IMG/VR virus record: IMGVR_UViG_3300046004_002451
Coordinates: 1-55,136 of that record
Length of the DNA: 55,136 nucleotides
Direction: 5' to 3' (one strand)
Source of the DNA: a virus
Taxonomy: Duplodnaviria; Caudoviricetes
The notes below the pieces were generated by a model. The model worked only from the letters and a program-made list of their open reading frames with translations. It was not told the origin of the DNA and made no database searches. The position numbers and the translations under genes were made by a program. Below, in pieces: positions 1-8,721 of the stretch; position 1 is the first letter of the stretch, and every line of letters begins with the position of its first letter.

Positions 1-2
1 TT

Positions 3-746
3 ATGGGACTCGAAATTCACACAAAACCCTCATCTGGCGGAGGCGGCGGAGAGACCAACCTCGGCAGAACCCTTTCGGCAACGCAGGTTGTTGTCACCTG
101 CGACACGGGCAGCGATGCAACCATTCCAGCCGCCGATGCGACCAATGCGGGCGTAATGACCAAGGTGATGTATGACAAGCTTGCCGGTGTTGAGGCCGCT
201 GCCGAAGTGACATCTACCGCCAAGGTATCGTCGGCCGGCGCAGTGATGAAGTCGCTTTTTGACGCCAACACCATCCTCATTGCTACCGCCGACAACGACC
301 CCGCCCCTCTCACTGTCGGGGCATCTACGTTCGTAGGTCGCAAAGCGGCTGGTGACATTGTGGCATTGACCACGGCGGAAGCTAAAGACCTTGTCAAGAA
401 GATAGAGGCTTTGGTGTTTGTTTGCTCGGACGAAACCACCGATCTTGCTGTGACAGCCCCGGTCGTGACGTACAGAATGCCTTACGGATATACGGTCACG
501 GGAGTTACCGCCTGCGTTACGACTGCGCCGGTGGGCGCTACACTCACGGTGGACATCAAGCAAAGTGGCACGTCGATTTTGTCCACGTTGATTGGTATTC
601 CTGAGTCAAACGAAGTTTCAACTAGTGGCGCGGTGAGCAACACGGCCCTTGTATCTACCGCAAAAATCACAATCGAGATTACCCAAGTTGGGGTTGCCAC
701 GAAAGGCGCGGGGCTCAAGGTCACAATTCTCGGACATCGCGCATGA
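3..746 (+). CDS. Virion structural/tail-associated protein
   Basis: Thr/Ala/Val-rich 247 aa ORF; C-terminal SDETTDL...YRMPY...TVDI...GAGLKVTILG beta-domain typical of phage tail accessory proteins; ATGA overlap with next gene. Confidence 0.6.
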   Translation: MGLEIHTKPSSGGGGGETNLGRTLSATQVVVTCDTGSDATIPAADATNAGVMTKVMYDKLAGVEAAAEVTSTAKVSSAGAVMKSLFDANTILIATADNDPAPLTVGASTFVGRKAAGDIVALTTAEAKDLVKKIEALVFVCSDETTDLAVTAPVVTYRMPYGYTVTGVTACVTTAPVGATLTVDIKQSGTSILSTLIGIPESNEVSTSGAVSNTALVSTAKITIEITQVGVATKGAGLKVTILGHRA

Positions 747-1828
747 TCATTGTAAACCCATACGCGTTTGGCGCGGCCCCAGAAACAATCGTCCGCACAG
801 CGTATCTTGCAGCCTCGCCCACAGGTAACGATGGGACAGGTGTTCTCGACGACTCTAACTATCCGTATGCTACGTTTAGCGGAGCTGCGACTGCACTTGC
901 AGCAGCGTATCCTGGGCAGACCACCACTATTCGTTTATTGACTAACCTCACACAGGATATGGCCGGGAGTGGTGACTGGACTGCTTTGCTTGTGGCTGGC
1001 TTGACACTTCGGTCTAACGCAGCGACACGTTTTCATGTTACAGGGTCTTTGCACTTGGGAGATACTTCAAATATCGCGCTCACACTTCGCAATATTGAGA
1101 TTGATACGCTGGCTAACGTCACTGGAGTTGACCAACCAATTTACATCACAGGTTCTAACAACGCTTATGTGCACGAGCTTTATGTCGCAGGCCCAGATGG
1201 GGTAGGAGGGGGTGCGGCAGGTAGTGACGGAACGTCGGCTTCGGGTAATGGAGGTGCACCTGGCAACGATGACGACAATTACCCCACGGCCGGTGGAACG
1301 GGTGAACATGTTTACACTTCAGGAGCGTCTGGTGAAGCAGGAGCCTCCGGTAGCCCAGCGTGGGATATATATTTATACGGGTCTGGCTTAGTTTCACACA
1401 TCACAGGAACAGGTGGAAACGGCACTCCAGGTGGAGCAGGCGGAAGCGCAGCAAACGGCTACGGTGGTGGCGGGGGCGCAGGTGGTGCCAATTTGACTAA
1501 TAGTGGTAGTGGTGCACCTGGCGGCGATGGCGGAAGTTGCAGTTCTGTTGGAGGTAACGGCGGCACAGGTGGTTCTGGTGGTGATGGTGCCACGATTCGT
1601 AAGGAATCTGGCTGGACTATTTCTAGCTCTTCTCTCACAGGCGGCTCAGGTTCTTCTGGCGGTGGTGCAGGTGGAGGAGAAACTACAAGCGCAGCTGGTT
1701 CCGGGGGTCCAGGTGGTGCGGGTTCGCCTAGCGGTTCCACTGGGGCTAGTGGTGGACTAGACACTAGCGACGGAGTGGCCGGTGGTAGTGGTTCAGGCGG
1801 TGCCAATGGCTCCATCATTTCGATTTAA
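743..1828 (+). CDS. Glycine-rich tail fibre/spike-like protein
   Basis: MIIVNPYAF start; C-terminal half made of GGxGGxGG repeats; structural-gene context. Confidence 0.6.
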   Translation: MIIVNPYAFGAAPETIVRTAYLAASPTGNDGTGVLDDSNYPYATFSGAATALAAAYPGQTTTIRLLTNLTQDMAGSGDWTALLVAGLTLRSNAATRFHVTGSLHLGDTSNIALTLRNIEIDTLANVTGVDQPIYITGSNNAYVHELYVAGPDGVGGGAAGSDGTSASGNGGAPGNDDDNYPTAGGTGEHVYTSGASGEAGASGSPAWDIYLYGSGLVSHITGTGGNGTPGGAGGSAANGYGGGGGAGGANLTNSGSGAPGGDGGSCSSVGGNGGTGGSGGDGATIRKESGWTISSSSLTGGSGSSGGGAGGGETTSAAGSGGPGGAGSPSGSTGASGGLDTSDGVAGGSGSGGANGSIISI

Positions 1829-1832
1829 ACTT

Positions 1833-2306
1833 ATGAAAAAACTCTTACATCTTCCAACACAAACTATCCGTGATTATCCTCGTGGTGATGATTTGCCAGT
1901 CGTCGGACTTTCACAAGCCTACGCAGTTCTTGACGTGCTAACAGAGCCAGTGCCAACCTTTGATCCTGCCATCGAGGTGCTGCATTCATCTGACGTTCTT
2001 GACGCAGAAGCACTCACGTTGACCACAACGTATTCGGTCACAGTCAAACCAGTCATCTACCCTGATGCAGCTAAGTGGCAAGTGCGTGAGTGGCTGATCG
2101 AAAACGGCATCATGCCAACAACAGTGCCCTCCGTTATCGAGCAACTCATCACAAACCCAGTCGAGCAGGCCAAAGCGCTCAATCGCTGGGAGCATGTGGA
2201 GTCCATTCCACGATTCCACCCTCTGGTGGTTTTACTCGGCAATCATCTCGGGTTGACTGAGGACGAAATTAACGCCGCATGGTCCGCCATTGTGGCAAAA
2301 CACTGA
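1833..2306 (+). CDS. Hypothetical protein, possibly tail fibre assembly/chaperone
   Basis: ATG at 1833 just after the fibre stop; ends in HPLV..LG..LGLTEDEINAAW, a pattern I recognise from genes downstream of fibres. Confidence 0.5.
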   Translation: MKKLLHLPTQTIRDYPRGDDLPVVGLSQAYAVLDVLTEPVPTFDPAIEVLHSSDVLDAEALTLTTTYSVTVKPVIYPDAAKWQVREWLIENGIMPTTVPSVIEQLITNPVEQAKALNRWEHVESIPRFHPLVVLLGNHLGLTEDEINAAWSAIVAKH

Positions 2307-2312
2307 ACGACT

Positions 2313-2624
2313 ATGAGCGAAAAAGCCCGGTCCATTATCCTCCTTATCTTTGGTTTTATCGGTGTTGCCGGGACTATTGGCACGCAGGTGCTCAGTGCCG
2401 GGAGAATCGAGGGCACCGTTATGACAATGATCAAAGCTCATGACCAGCGGCTTGAATCGCATGACCGAAAGTTTGAACAACAAGACACCAAGCTGAATGC
2501 CGCCGAGTTGCAAATCGAACGCATCAAAGGCCGCGTCGGCATCGCCGGCCGAAAACCTGACTCCTCCTCCACGGCGTCGAACCCTCCCTGCATAGAAACA
2601 GAAACAGAACAAAAAACACACTAA
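2313..2624 (+). CDS. Single-TM coiled-coil protein (lysis cassette; holin/spanin-like)
   Basis: N-terminal hydrophobic helix IILLIFGFIGVAGTIG followed by a heptad coiled coil; upstream of endolysin. Confidence 0.5.
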   Translation: MSEKARSIILLIFGFIGVAGTIGTQVLSAGRIEGTVMTMIKAHDQRLESHDRKFEQQDTKLNAAELQIERIKGRVGIAGRKPDSSSTASNPPCIETETEQKTH

Positions 2625-2630
2625 GCTACC

Positions 2631-2849
2631 ATGAAAAAGAAACTCCTCCTCTGGCTCTCACTCGGCACCAAAGTCGCATCCATCGGCACCGGACTTGCCT
2701 CCCTGCCTATCCTGTCCCTGCTGCCTGCTCAATACGCAGGATACGCAGCCTTGGCATTCGCTGGTGCCAGCATCCTCAAAGACACCACCAACCGCCTCGG
2801 CGACCTCGCGGACGATGGCGTGCTGAACAACAGCTACAAGGGCAACTGA
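2631..2849 (+). CDS. Putative holin
   Basis: 72 aa, basic N-terminus, two hydrophobic segments, charged C-terminus, upstream of endolysin. Confidence 0.55.
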   Translation: MKKKLLLWLSLGTKVASIGTGLASLPILSLLPAQYAGYAALAFAGASILKDTTNRLGDLADDGVLNNSYKGN

Positions 2850-2876
2850 CCGGTGCTGATTCAAACGAGGATTCTA

Positions 2877-2984
2877 ATGACCATGCTCGCCGAGATCCTT
2901 CCTGACACCGCTCGCGCTCTCGGCATGGCCGCATTCATCGTCTTTCTCACAATAATGATCCCCTTAGCAGCCTTCCGCCCATGA
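2877..2984 (+). CDS. 35-aa single-TM micro-protein (not in ORF track)
   Basis: MTMLAEILPDTARALGMAAFIVFLTIMIPLAAFRP; GAGG at 2867-2870; stop overlaps the endolysin ATG (ATGA). Confidence 0.55.
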   Translation: MTMLAEILPDTARALGMAAFIVFLTIMIPLAAFRP

Positions 2985-3739
2985 AAAGCACCCCAAAAGA
3001 ATTTGTCGCCGAATTTCAGCGCCGTGTCGGTCTCGACGATGACGAAGACCCCGGCGAGGACACGTACAATGCGCTCGACCGAGTGTTGCCAAAAAAGCCA
3101 AAGGCGGAGCAACCTGCCCCGGTAGTCATTCCGGCATCACAGGCTGGCGTGATCAACAAACAATCCCCCGCCGAGAAACTGGCCGCGTGCATCATTGCTG
3201 AAGCCAAACGCTTCTGCGGTTTGCAGGAAGTCCGGCCAAACCAGAACTGGGACAACCCTGCCACCAAAGGGCCGGACACTGCGCTCGTCGCTGAACTCAT
3301 CGCAGGAATGCGCCAGTCACCTTGGGAGCCAGGTTGGGCATACTGCGCGGCATTTGCCGAGTCGATGGCTGCGAAGGGGCTTGAGCAATTCGGTGCGACT
3401 CCTGCGCAGATTGCCAAGTTCCGGTCGGTAATGTCTCCGCACTGCATGACCTCTGCTGCGGCATTTGCGCGCCTCAACCTGTTGTCATCCGTCCCGGTGT
3501 CTGGTGCTATCTGGTTGGCTCAACATGGCAGTTCGGACAACGGCCATGCGGGAATCTGCACGCTGCCGCACGCTCCGAACATGGACACCATCGAGGCCAA
3601 CACGGGCGGCAACGGCAGCGGTAGCCAGCGCGAAGGCGATTGGATCACCCACAAAATCCGGCCCATCGCTGGTCCAGGAGATCTGCATACCCGCGGGTTT
3701 GTGCATCCTGTTGCTATATTGAAAATCTGCGGTCTCTAA
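2981..3739 (+). CDS. Endolysin, CHAP-type cysteine amidase/peptidase with N-terminal peptidoglycan-binding-like motif
   Basis: AYCAAF (catalytic Cys), GHAGI (His) and TIEANT motifs; N-terminal FQRRVGL..D...G..TYNAL resembles PG_binding_1. Confidence 0.8.
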   Translation: MKSTPKEFVAEFQRRVGLDDDEDPGEDTYNALDRVLPKKPKAEQPAPVVIPASQAGVINKQSPAEKLAACIIAEAKRFCGLQEVRPNQNWDNPATKGPDTALVAELIAGMRQSPWEPGWAYCAAFAESMAAKGLEQFGATPAQIAKFRSVMSPHCMTSAAAFARLNLLSSVPVSGAIWLAQHGSSDNGHAGICTLPHAPNMDTIEANTGGNGSGSQREGDWITHKIRPIAGPGDLHTRGFVHPVAILKICGL

Positions 3740-3770
3740 TTCTTTCCCGAAAAACCCAAAAAACCACCCC

Positions 3771-4673
3771 ATGAAAACTAACATACTCCTCCTCATTGCC
3801 TGCCTATTTTGGTCCGGCACACTCCTGGCGCAGCTCACCACTGCCAATATCACTGATAATCCGCGAGGCATTGCCTATGCCGCCCAGGTCGAATCAGTGA
3901 GCGGCAACTACACCGTCACAAGTCGCGACCACACTATCCTGGCTGATGCCACGTCCGCGGCCATCACGATTACTCTGCTGCCGGCAAAAGCTCGGTATCA
4001 GGTCATCAATGTCAAAAAGTCGGATGTCTCTGCCAATACAGTGACCGTCTCGGCCTCGAATAGTCAAACTATCGACGGCGCGCCAACGATTGTCCTCACT
4101 GGGCAGCACCAAAATGTCACTCTGCAATCCACAGGATTGGGTTGGAATCTCATCAGTCCAAATGTGAGTGTAGTTCGCAAAATCTCGCTTGGCGCTCCGC
4201 GCGATGACGAAACGAATAGGGCAGTTACATCGACAACCATGCGCGCGAGCACCTACACCATTGTCAACCAGCCGGACGTGCCGCGTAATGTTACCCTGAC
4301 TCAAACTACAGTAGCCGGCGCAGACACTCTTGGTACTGTGGTTATCGTTGGCACAGATTACCGAGGTAATGCCCTGACTGAGACTTTGACACCGGTGGCA
4401 GGAACTCTTGTCACTGGCACAAAGGTCTTCAAAACCGTAACCAGTCTCACTGGTGTGGGTTGGGTTGCTACCAGCACAGCCGATAATATAGTCATTGGTT
4501 ACGGCGCCCTCATTGGGCTGCCTGTGACTCTGCCGGCGGCAGGCACCGCACTCGGAACCCTGGACACAGTTGTGGCGGTCAAAGTGACGACGGGCGGCAC
4601 TCTCGCAACCTCAGCAGTCACCGAAGCCGGTGGTGATGGGTCTAAATTGCTCGTGGTTTATGTCAATCAGTGA
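3771..4673 (+). CDS. Thr/Val-rich beta-protein with signal-peptide-like N-terminus
   Basis: MKTNILLLIACLFWSGTLLA-Q leader; YTVTSRDHTILADATSAAITITL repeat-type domain of virion accessory proteins. Confidence 0.6.
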   Translation: MKTNILLLIACLFWSGTLLAQLTTANITDNPRGIAYAAQVESVSGNYTVTSRDHTILADATSAAITITLLPAKARYQVINVKKSDVSANTVTVSASNSQTIDGAPTIVLTGQHQNVTLQSTGLGWNLISPNVSVVRKISLGAPRDDETNRAVTSTTMRASTYTIVNQPDVPRNVTLTQTTVAGADTLGTVVIVGTDYRGNALTETLTPVAGTLVTGTKVFKTVTSLTGVGWVATSTADNIVIGYGALIGLPVTLPAAGTALGTLDTVVAVKVTTGGTLATSAVTEAGGDGSKLLVVYVNQ

Positions 4674-4699
4674 GTGACGTGACACAACCCTTCAATCTC

Positions 4700-4731
4700 A
4701 AGCCGCTGCCTTACCGGGCAGCGGCTTTTTT
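4700..4731 (+). terminator. Rho-independent terminator overlapping the integrase stop codon
   Basis: AAGCCGCTGCC-ttaccg-GGCAGCGGCTT followed by a T-run, between convergent genes. Confidence 0.8.
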
Positions 4732-5943
4732 CTTTGGGCTGAACGCCTTGTTGAGAGCCTTCGACTTCGTCGCGTCTTCCAGGTGCGTGTAGATCAGGTT
4801 TGTTGCGTCATTTGAGTGACCTGTGATCATGCGCCGGACCTCCGGCGTGACGCCGGCATTGGCGAGCAGGCTGTTGCAGGTGTGTCGGAGGGAGTGGAAC
4901 GTCAGAGAATTGAAGGAGAGCCCCCTACCCTGCCCTTCGACCTTCCGGCCTTTGATGCCGGCGGCCTTGAGGATCTCCGTGAACTGCGTGCTCAGGCCTC
5001 GGTTGCGGGCGGCGTGCACCCCGGCCAATGAGGGGGCGAGGTAAAGTGAATCCGTCGGTTCCTGCCACAACTCCGTCAGATGGCTCGCCAGCGGTCCCAC
5101 GATGGGGATACGCATTTTCTTCTTCGTCTTCCCCTGACTCATCTCCCATATCCATGTGCCGGGCTGCACGACGATTTGCGTGCGTAGGGCGTTCGCGCAG
5201 TCCGTGAGGCGCTGAGAGGTGCAAAGCCCAAGCAGCGTCACCGTAAGCCAGTCACGGCGCTCCGGCTTCGCGCGCAGATGGCTCAGAAGTCGCTCCACCT
5301 CTGCCGGCGTGTAAGGGTCGCGGGTGTTGGAGTTGTTGAGTTCTCGGGAGATGAGATTCACCGGGTTGCGGGTCGCATAGCCTTCGTCACGAGCCCTCTC
5401 GAAGATTGTCGAGATTGTCGAGGCCGCGATATTCATGGTCGTCGGCTTCAGTCCCTCCTCAATGCCGCTCAGATACCAGTTTTGCAGCATCTCACCGGTG
5501 AAGGACCCAAGCGCCAGCTCCACATCTTTTCCCAGCCACTCGGTGAAGTTATTGACGTAGCTCGTGTAGGCCTTCAGGGAGGAAGCGCTGAGCGTCTTTG
5601 GCACCCGCTTGGCAGCCGCCTTGAGCCATGCCTCTGAGTACGACTTCCAGCTTTTTGAGTCCACCACTTCCCTGTGCCCTGCGAGCCGTAGAATGTCATT
5701 GATGACCTCCACCACGAAGTCGCGTGAGATCCTGGCCGCACCGCTGACACCGCCCGCCGCCAGCGATACCCGCTCAAACTCACGAGCGATCTCCAGAGCC
5801 TTGGCCTCGTCTGTGCAGCGTGTCGATTTCATGGCCTGCTTCCACCGCTGCGCCCTTGCATCCCACACCTGAAACACCGCCGAATAGTACAGCGATTTCT
5901 TGCGACGGTAAACCGCTGCGGGTCGGGCGAGGGGCGGGGTCAT
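4711..5943 (-). CDS. int: Phage tyrosine integrase
   Basis: Catalytic R (SQRLTD), K (GKTKK), HSLRH, GHS and Y (IYTH); N-terminal arm-binding-like and SAM-like regions; start taken at MTPPLARP (5943). Confidence 0.92.
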   Translation of the reverse strand: MTPPLARPAAVYRRKKSLYYSAVFQVWDARAQRWKQAMKSTRCTDEAKALEIAREFERVSLAAGGVSGAARISRDFVVEVINDILRLAGHREVVDSKSWKSYSEAWLKAAAKRVPKTLSASSLKAYTSYVNNFTEWLGKDVELALGSFTGEMLQNWYLSGIEEGLKPTTMNIAASTISTIFERARDEGYATRNPVNLISRELNNSNTRDPYTPAEVERLLSHLRAKPERRDWLTVTLLGLCTSQRLTDCANALRTQIVVQPGTWIWEMSQGKTKKKMRIPIVGPLASHLTELWQEPTDSLYLAPSLAGVHAARNRGLSTQFTEILKAAGIKGRKVEGQGRGLSFNSLTFHSLRHTCNSLLANAGVTPEVRRMITGHSNDATNLIYTHLEDATKSKALNKAFSPKKKAAAR

Positions 5944-6238
5944 GGATGTAATAAAATAGCGGCGAGTGATAATGCCCGTGCTAAAGAATGTCAACAAAGA
6001 GAAAACAGCGTAAAACAAGAAATAAAGATGTAAAAGGCTGGAAATAAGCGCCTTACCAACACACTCCAAAACGCTGCAAAGATGTCAAAAACCCCTTAGA
6101 CTCATATAGGAGATGTCTTTTTAAAAGGCTGTTGCCTGGGTAAATGGGGCGTAAATGGCATGGGTGATAATGTAGGTGCTAAATTTGTGACACCCGTTCG
6201 AGTGTTGCAAATATTACATTAGCTCGCATGGTAGCCGG
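5944..6238. other. Candidate attP / divergent promoter region
   Basis: AT-rich non-coding gap next to int with short repeats (AGATGT at 6026, 6080, 6111; TAAAAGGCTG at 6031, 6122; GTGATAATG at 5966, 6164; GTAAATGG at 6140, 6151). Confidence 0.5.
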
Positions 6239-6520
6239 ATGCCTTTCGTGAGCAAGAAGCAGGTGGAGAATTACCACGCGGAGTATCGGCCTGAGTTCCG
6301 GGCCGGGAAGCGGCGCATGGAGCCTGGTGATTTAGCCACGGCTTTGGGCGAACTGCGGGCGCTGCGGGCGCTGGTGCAGAAGCAGCGGAAACGCATCTGG
6401 TTTTTAGAGCACAAGGAGGAAGCCAGCGCAAAGCAGCGCCGCCGGCGGCGGGATGTGCTCGTCCAGGATGCGGCAGCGGCTTTGGCAAATTTGGCAAAAG
6501 AACCCAGGAAAACAAAATGA
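6239..6520 (+). CDS. Hypothetical coiled-coil protein
   Basis: 93 aa ORF, ATGA-coupled to the next gene. Confidence 0.6.
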   Translation: MPFVSKKQVENYHAEYRPEFRAGKRRMEPGDLATALGELRALRALVQKQRKRIWFLEHKEEASAKQRRRRRDVLVQDAAAALANLAKEPRKTK

Positions 6521-7152
6521 GTACAGCTTTATCAATCGAAGTTACCGGTATCAATGCTGATCAGCAGCAAGTCCTCGCTGAAATCCTAGCGGACGTAAAA
6601 GCATCTGTTGATCGGCTTGCCCGAGCGGCCCGCCGATGGGTTGAACTACCTGAGCGCGCGCGCGAAAAGATTATTGAGCAGTCGCCAGCGTCTTTACGTG
6701 AGTTTTGGGGCCGGCTGGAGCGGGTGGGTCTCGGATCGCTCCATCCTCAACTCGCCACTGTAGGTGGCACGGCGGCACGGTTACTGGGTCGGCTGCCTCT
6801 GATTGAGCAGGAGCGCTACCTGCGCGAGCTGGTGCCAGTAGTCGTATCACGCGGCCGGGGATGGGACATCCGGCTGATTGATGTGGCTGAGTTGAGCGAT
6901 GATCAGCGTAAGCAGGTTTTCAAAATTGCTCCTGCCGGCGCCGTAGAGGTCCGGGACGCAGAAATGCAAAAGGCCTGGTTGGCCGATAAAGCCGCGCGGC
7001 GGGTGCTCGCTGAGCAAACTGGGGCAACCCTAAAACGCGTCGAACGGGCCGGGTGGCGCGTTGAGCGTGGCCGGGTATTTGTTAAGGAGGGGCTTCTCGT
7101 AGCAGGTATCACTCGGGCTCAGTTGGAGCGCATGATTGCGGATCTTGAGTAA
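6517..7152 (+). CDS. Hypothetical protein
   Basis: 211 aa ORF with natural composition, coupled to the upstream gene. Confidence 0.7.
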   Translation: MSTALSIEVTGINADQQQVLAEILADVKASVDRLARAARRWVELPERAREKIIEQSPASLREFWGRLERVGLGSLHPQLATVGGTAARLLGRLPLIEQERYLRELVPVVVSRGRGWDIRLIDVAELSDDQRKQVFKIAPAGAVEVRDAEMQKAWLADKAARRVLAEQTGATLKRVERAGWRVERGRVFVKEGLLVAGITRAQLERMIADLE

Positions 7153-7205
7153 CTCGGTGCGTGTTGGTTTGCCCCGAACGGGTGCATGATATGTGGTCAA
7201 TTCGT

Positions 7206-7448
7206 TCAGTGATCTGTACTGTTCAGTATCTTTTTCGCGTAGTCCTCGATATGCCGAGCGGACAGACCCGCATAGGCAATGTATTCGAGAGCATCACGGT
7301 ATTTGTCCCGCTCCTCTGCAAGCACTGCATAACAACTATCTCCGTGCTTCGCTTTTGCGATTTCTGACCACAACTCATCACGTTGTCGGCGCAGATACTC
7401 ACATTCAGATCCTGAACAATTGGATGCAGCACAATTCGCTTCACTCAT
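7206..7448 (-). CDS. Cassette-like hypothetical protein (80 aa)
   Basis: Starts inside the 7412-7468 hairpin; ends ...ILNSTDH across a degenerate core. Confidence 0.7.
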   Translation of the reverse strand: MSEANCAASNCSGSECEYLRRQRDELWSEIAKAKHGDSCYAVLAEERDKYRDALEYIAYAGLSARHIEDYAKKILNSTDH

Positions 7449-7468
7449 GGCTGATCCTTTCCGTTCAG
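7412..7468 (+). repeat. attC-like site (57 bp)
   Basis: CTGAAC-aatt-GGAT[G]CAGC ... GCTGATCC-tttcc-GTTCAG; ATGA stop/start overlap at 7445-7448 inside. Confidence 0.85.
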
Positions 7469-7672
7469 CGATCCATCATCGTGCGATGGTGCCTCGCTCA
7501 GCATGTCTATCATGAGGTTCGTGAGAGTCTCCCACCCAAGCCGCCCCATTCGCAGCGTCAGCAGGGTGCCGTCTTCCAGCGTGTGCTTGATCTGGTATTC
7601 CTGCTCACCGGGCACGGGAGAGCGGCCATTAGCTTCAGGGTGATCGTAGGTTGTGTATGTGAGTTCCTTCAT
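7445..7672 (-). CDS. Cassette-like hypothetical protein (75 aa, MKELTYTT...)
   Basis: ATG at 7672; ends SLNGKDQP inside the attC-like site. Confidence 0.7.
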   Translation of the reverse strand: MKELTYTTYDHPEANGRSPVPGEQEYQIKHTLEDGTLLTLRMGRLGWETLTNLMIDMLSEAPSHDDGSLNGKDQP

Positions 7673-7690
7673 AGTCTTGGGTGGTTCGGG

Positions 7691-7781
7691 CTGAACCATG
7701 GCACTGCTGCCAACGGCTCGTAAATATCTGTCATGCTTGCGGCGGCTTCTCGCTCGCCGTCGGCAGAGTTGGTTCGTTCTG
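7691..7781 (+). repeat. attC-like site (91 bp)
   Basis: CTGAAC-catggc-ACT[G]CTGCCaACGGC ... GCCGTcGGCAGAGT-tggttc-GTTCTG. Confidence 0.85.
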
Positions 7782-8126
7782 TGAATTGCGCTCGCGCTCC
7801 ATTTCGGCATCGAGGTCGCTGAAATCAGCGTTGGTTTGCCACACTTCAACGGCGCGACCATTTTCCCATTTTACACGGTAAACTCCCCATTCGTAGCCAT
7901 CGTCATCAAGGTTGCCGTGAGTGCAATCGTGCAACCATTTCATCCGCGCTTCGTATCGTTCTAATTCCACGATGCGCTTGCCAGCATCGAGTAGGAGTTC
8001 GCCGAGCGACTTTCCGACAGACACAGAACCAGCGGATGCAGGCAATGAGCCACGCCTCGGTTTGGTGCATCCAGTCCGGTGGGTCTGCCAAGATTCGCCG
8101 CACACATCACAGTGATAGTAGCTCAT
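7731..8126 (-). CDS. Cassette-like hypothetical protein (131 aa) with N-terminal CxxC
   Basis: Begins and ends within attC-like hairpins; ATGA overlaps at both ends. Confidence 0.7.
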   Translation of the reverse strand: MSYYHCDVCGESWQTHRTGCTKPRRGSLPASAGSVSVGKSLGELLLDAGKRIVELERYEARMKWLHDCTHGNLDDDGYEWGVYRVKWENGRAVEVWQTNADFSDLDAEMERERNSQNEPTLPTASEKPPQA

Positions 8127-8146
8127 GCCTGATCCTTTCCGTTCGG
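8024..8146 (+). repeat. attC-like site (123 bp)
   Basis: CAGAAC-cagc-GGAT[G]CAGGCA[A]TGAGC ... GCTCATGCCTGATCC-tttcc-GTTCGG; two extrahelical bases; shares the 16-mer CTGATCCTTTCCGTTC with the 7412 site. Confidence 0.9.
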
Positions 8147-8437
8147 CGGAAGTTGCAGGCTCTCGAATACCTCGTCCTTGGCATATCCAATCTGACGCTC
8201 CCGCCTGCCGTGCAGCGAGCGTTCAGCAATGTATTTCACGACTCCGGTTTTCCAGCGTAGCAGTTCAATGATCTTCCAACCCGCCAGCATGTTGATCGAG
8301 GTGATGACGTTGTTCACAAAGTCGAGGTGACTTTTCTCTGCTGCGACACGTTGCGCGTATTCCCACTCCGCCGAACAATTCTGCTGCTGGACAACAGAGC
8401 GGGGCTTTGTGGTATCATCGAGTTGATTCTGATTCAT
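8123..8437 (-). CDS. Cassette-like hypothetical protein (104 aa)
   Basis: N-terminal ...QQQNCSA half-site signature; C-terminal PPNGKDQA. Confidence 0.7.
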   Translation of the reverse strand: MNQNQLDDTTKPRSVVQQQNCSAEWEYAQRVAAEKSHLDFVNNVITSINMLAGWKIIELLRWKTGVVKYIAERSLHGRRERQIGYAKDEVFESLQLPPNGKDQA

Positions 8438-8450
8438 GATTTTGACTCAT

Positions 8451-8675
8451 TCATAGTGGATAGCGATGCGAGCATCGTGGGCAATCAAAGGCTCCGTAGT
8501 CACCCCAGCCTTTCCAGAAAGATTCCCACCACGTCGCCTCCGTGCGGTATGTGGTTTCCCATTCGCCGCAGCTTGGGCAGTGCCACGGGAAATAATCTCC
8601 ACGCTGCGACAAATCGCGGCAAGCTGAACCATGTGCTGTTCCCAATTCGGAGGGCGGTGATGTCGTAGGTGTCAT
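8451..8675 (-). CDS. Small double-CxxC zinc-ribbon protein (74 aa)
   Basis: WHCPSCG...FDCPRCS; AAAGGAG RBS upstream, inside the hairpin loop. Confidence 0.75.
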   Translation of the reverse strand: MTPTTSPPSELGTAHGSACRDLSQRGDYFPWHCPSCGEWETTYRTEATWWESFWKGWGDYGAFDCPRCSHRYPL

Positions 8676-8719
8676 GGTTGCTCCTTTCCGCCCTCCTCAT
8701 GGGAGAGCGAAGCGCTCTG
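8624..8719 (+). repeat. attC-like site (96 bp) with mutated R' core
   Basis: CTGAAC-catgt-GCT[G]tTCCCA[A]TtcGGAGGGCGG ... CCGCCCTCCtcATGGGAgAGC-gaagc-GCTCTG (GTT changed to GCT). Confidence 0.8.
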
Positions 8720-8721
8720 GA

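Noticed and set aside
743-1828. PE-PGRS or collagen gene
   Set aside because: No PE domain and no strict Gly-X-Y collagen run; context indicates a phage glycine-rich fibre.
5944-6069. N-terminal extension of the integrase in the ORF track
   Set aside because: Phe/Leu-rich translation of AT-rich intergenic DNA; ATG at 5943 is the more plausible start.
6185-6210. tRNA fragment (GTTCGAG) near the integrase
   Set aside because: No proper 5-bp T-stem, acceptor stem or CCA can be built.
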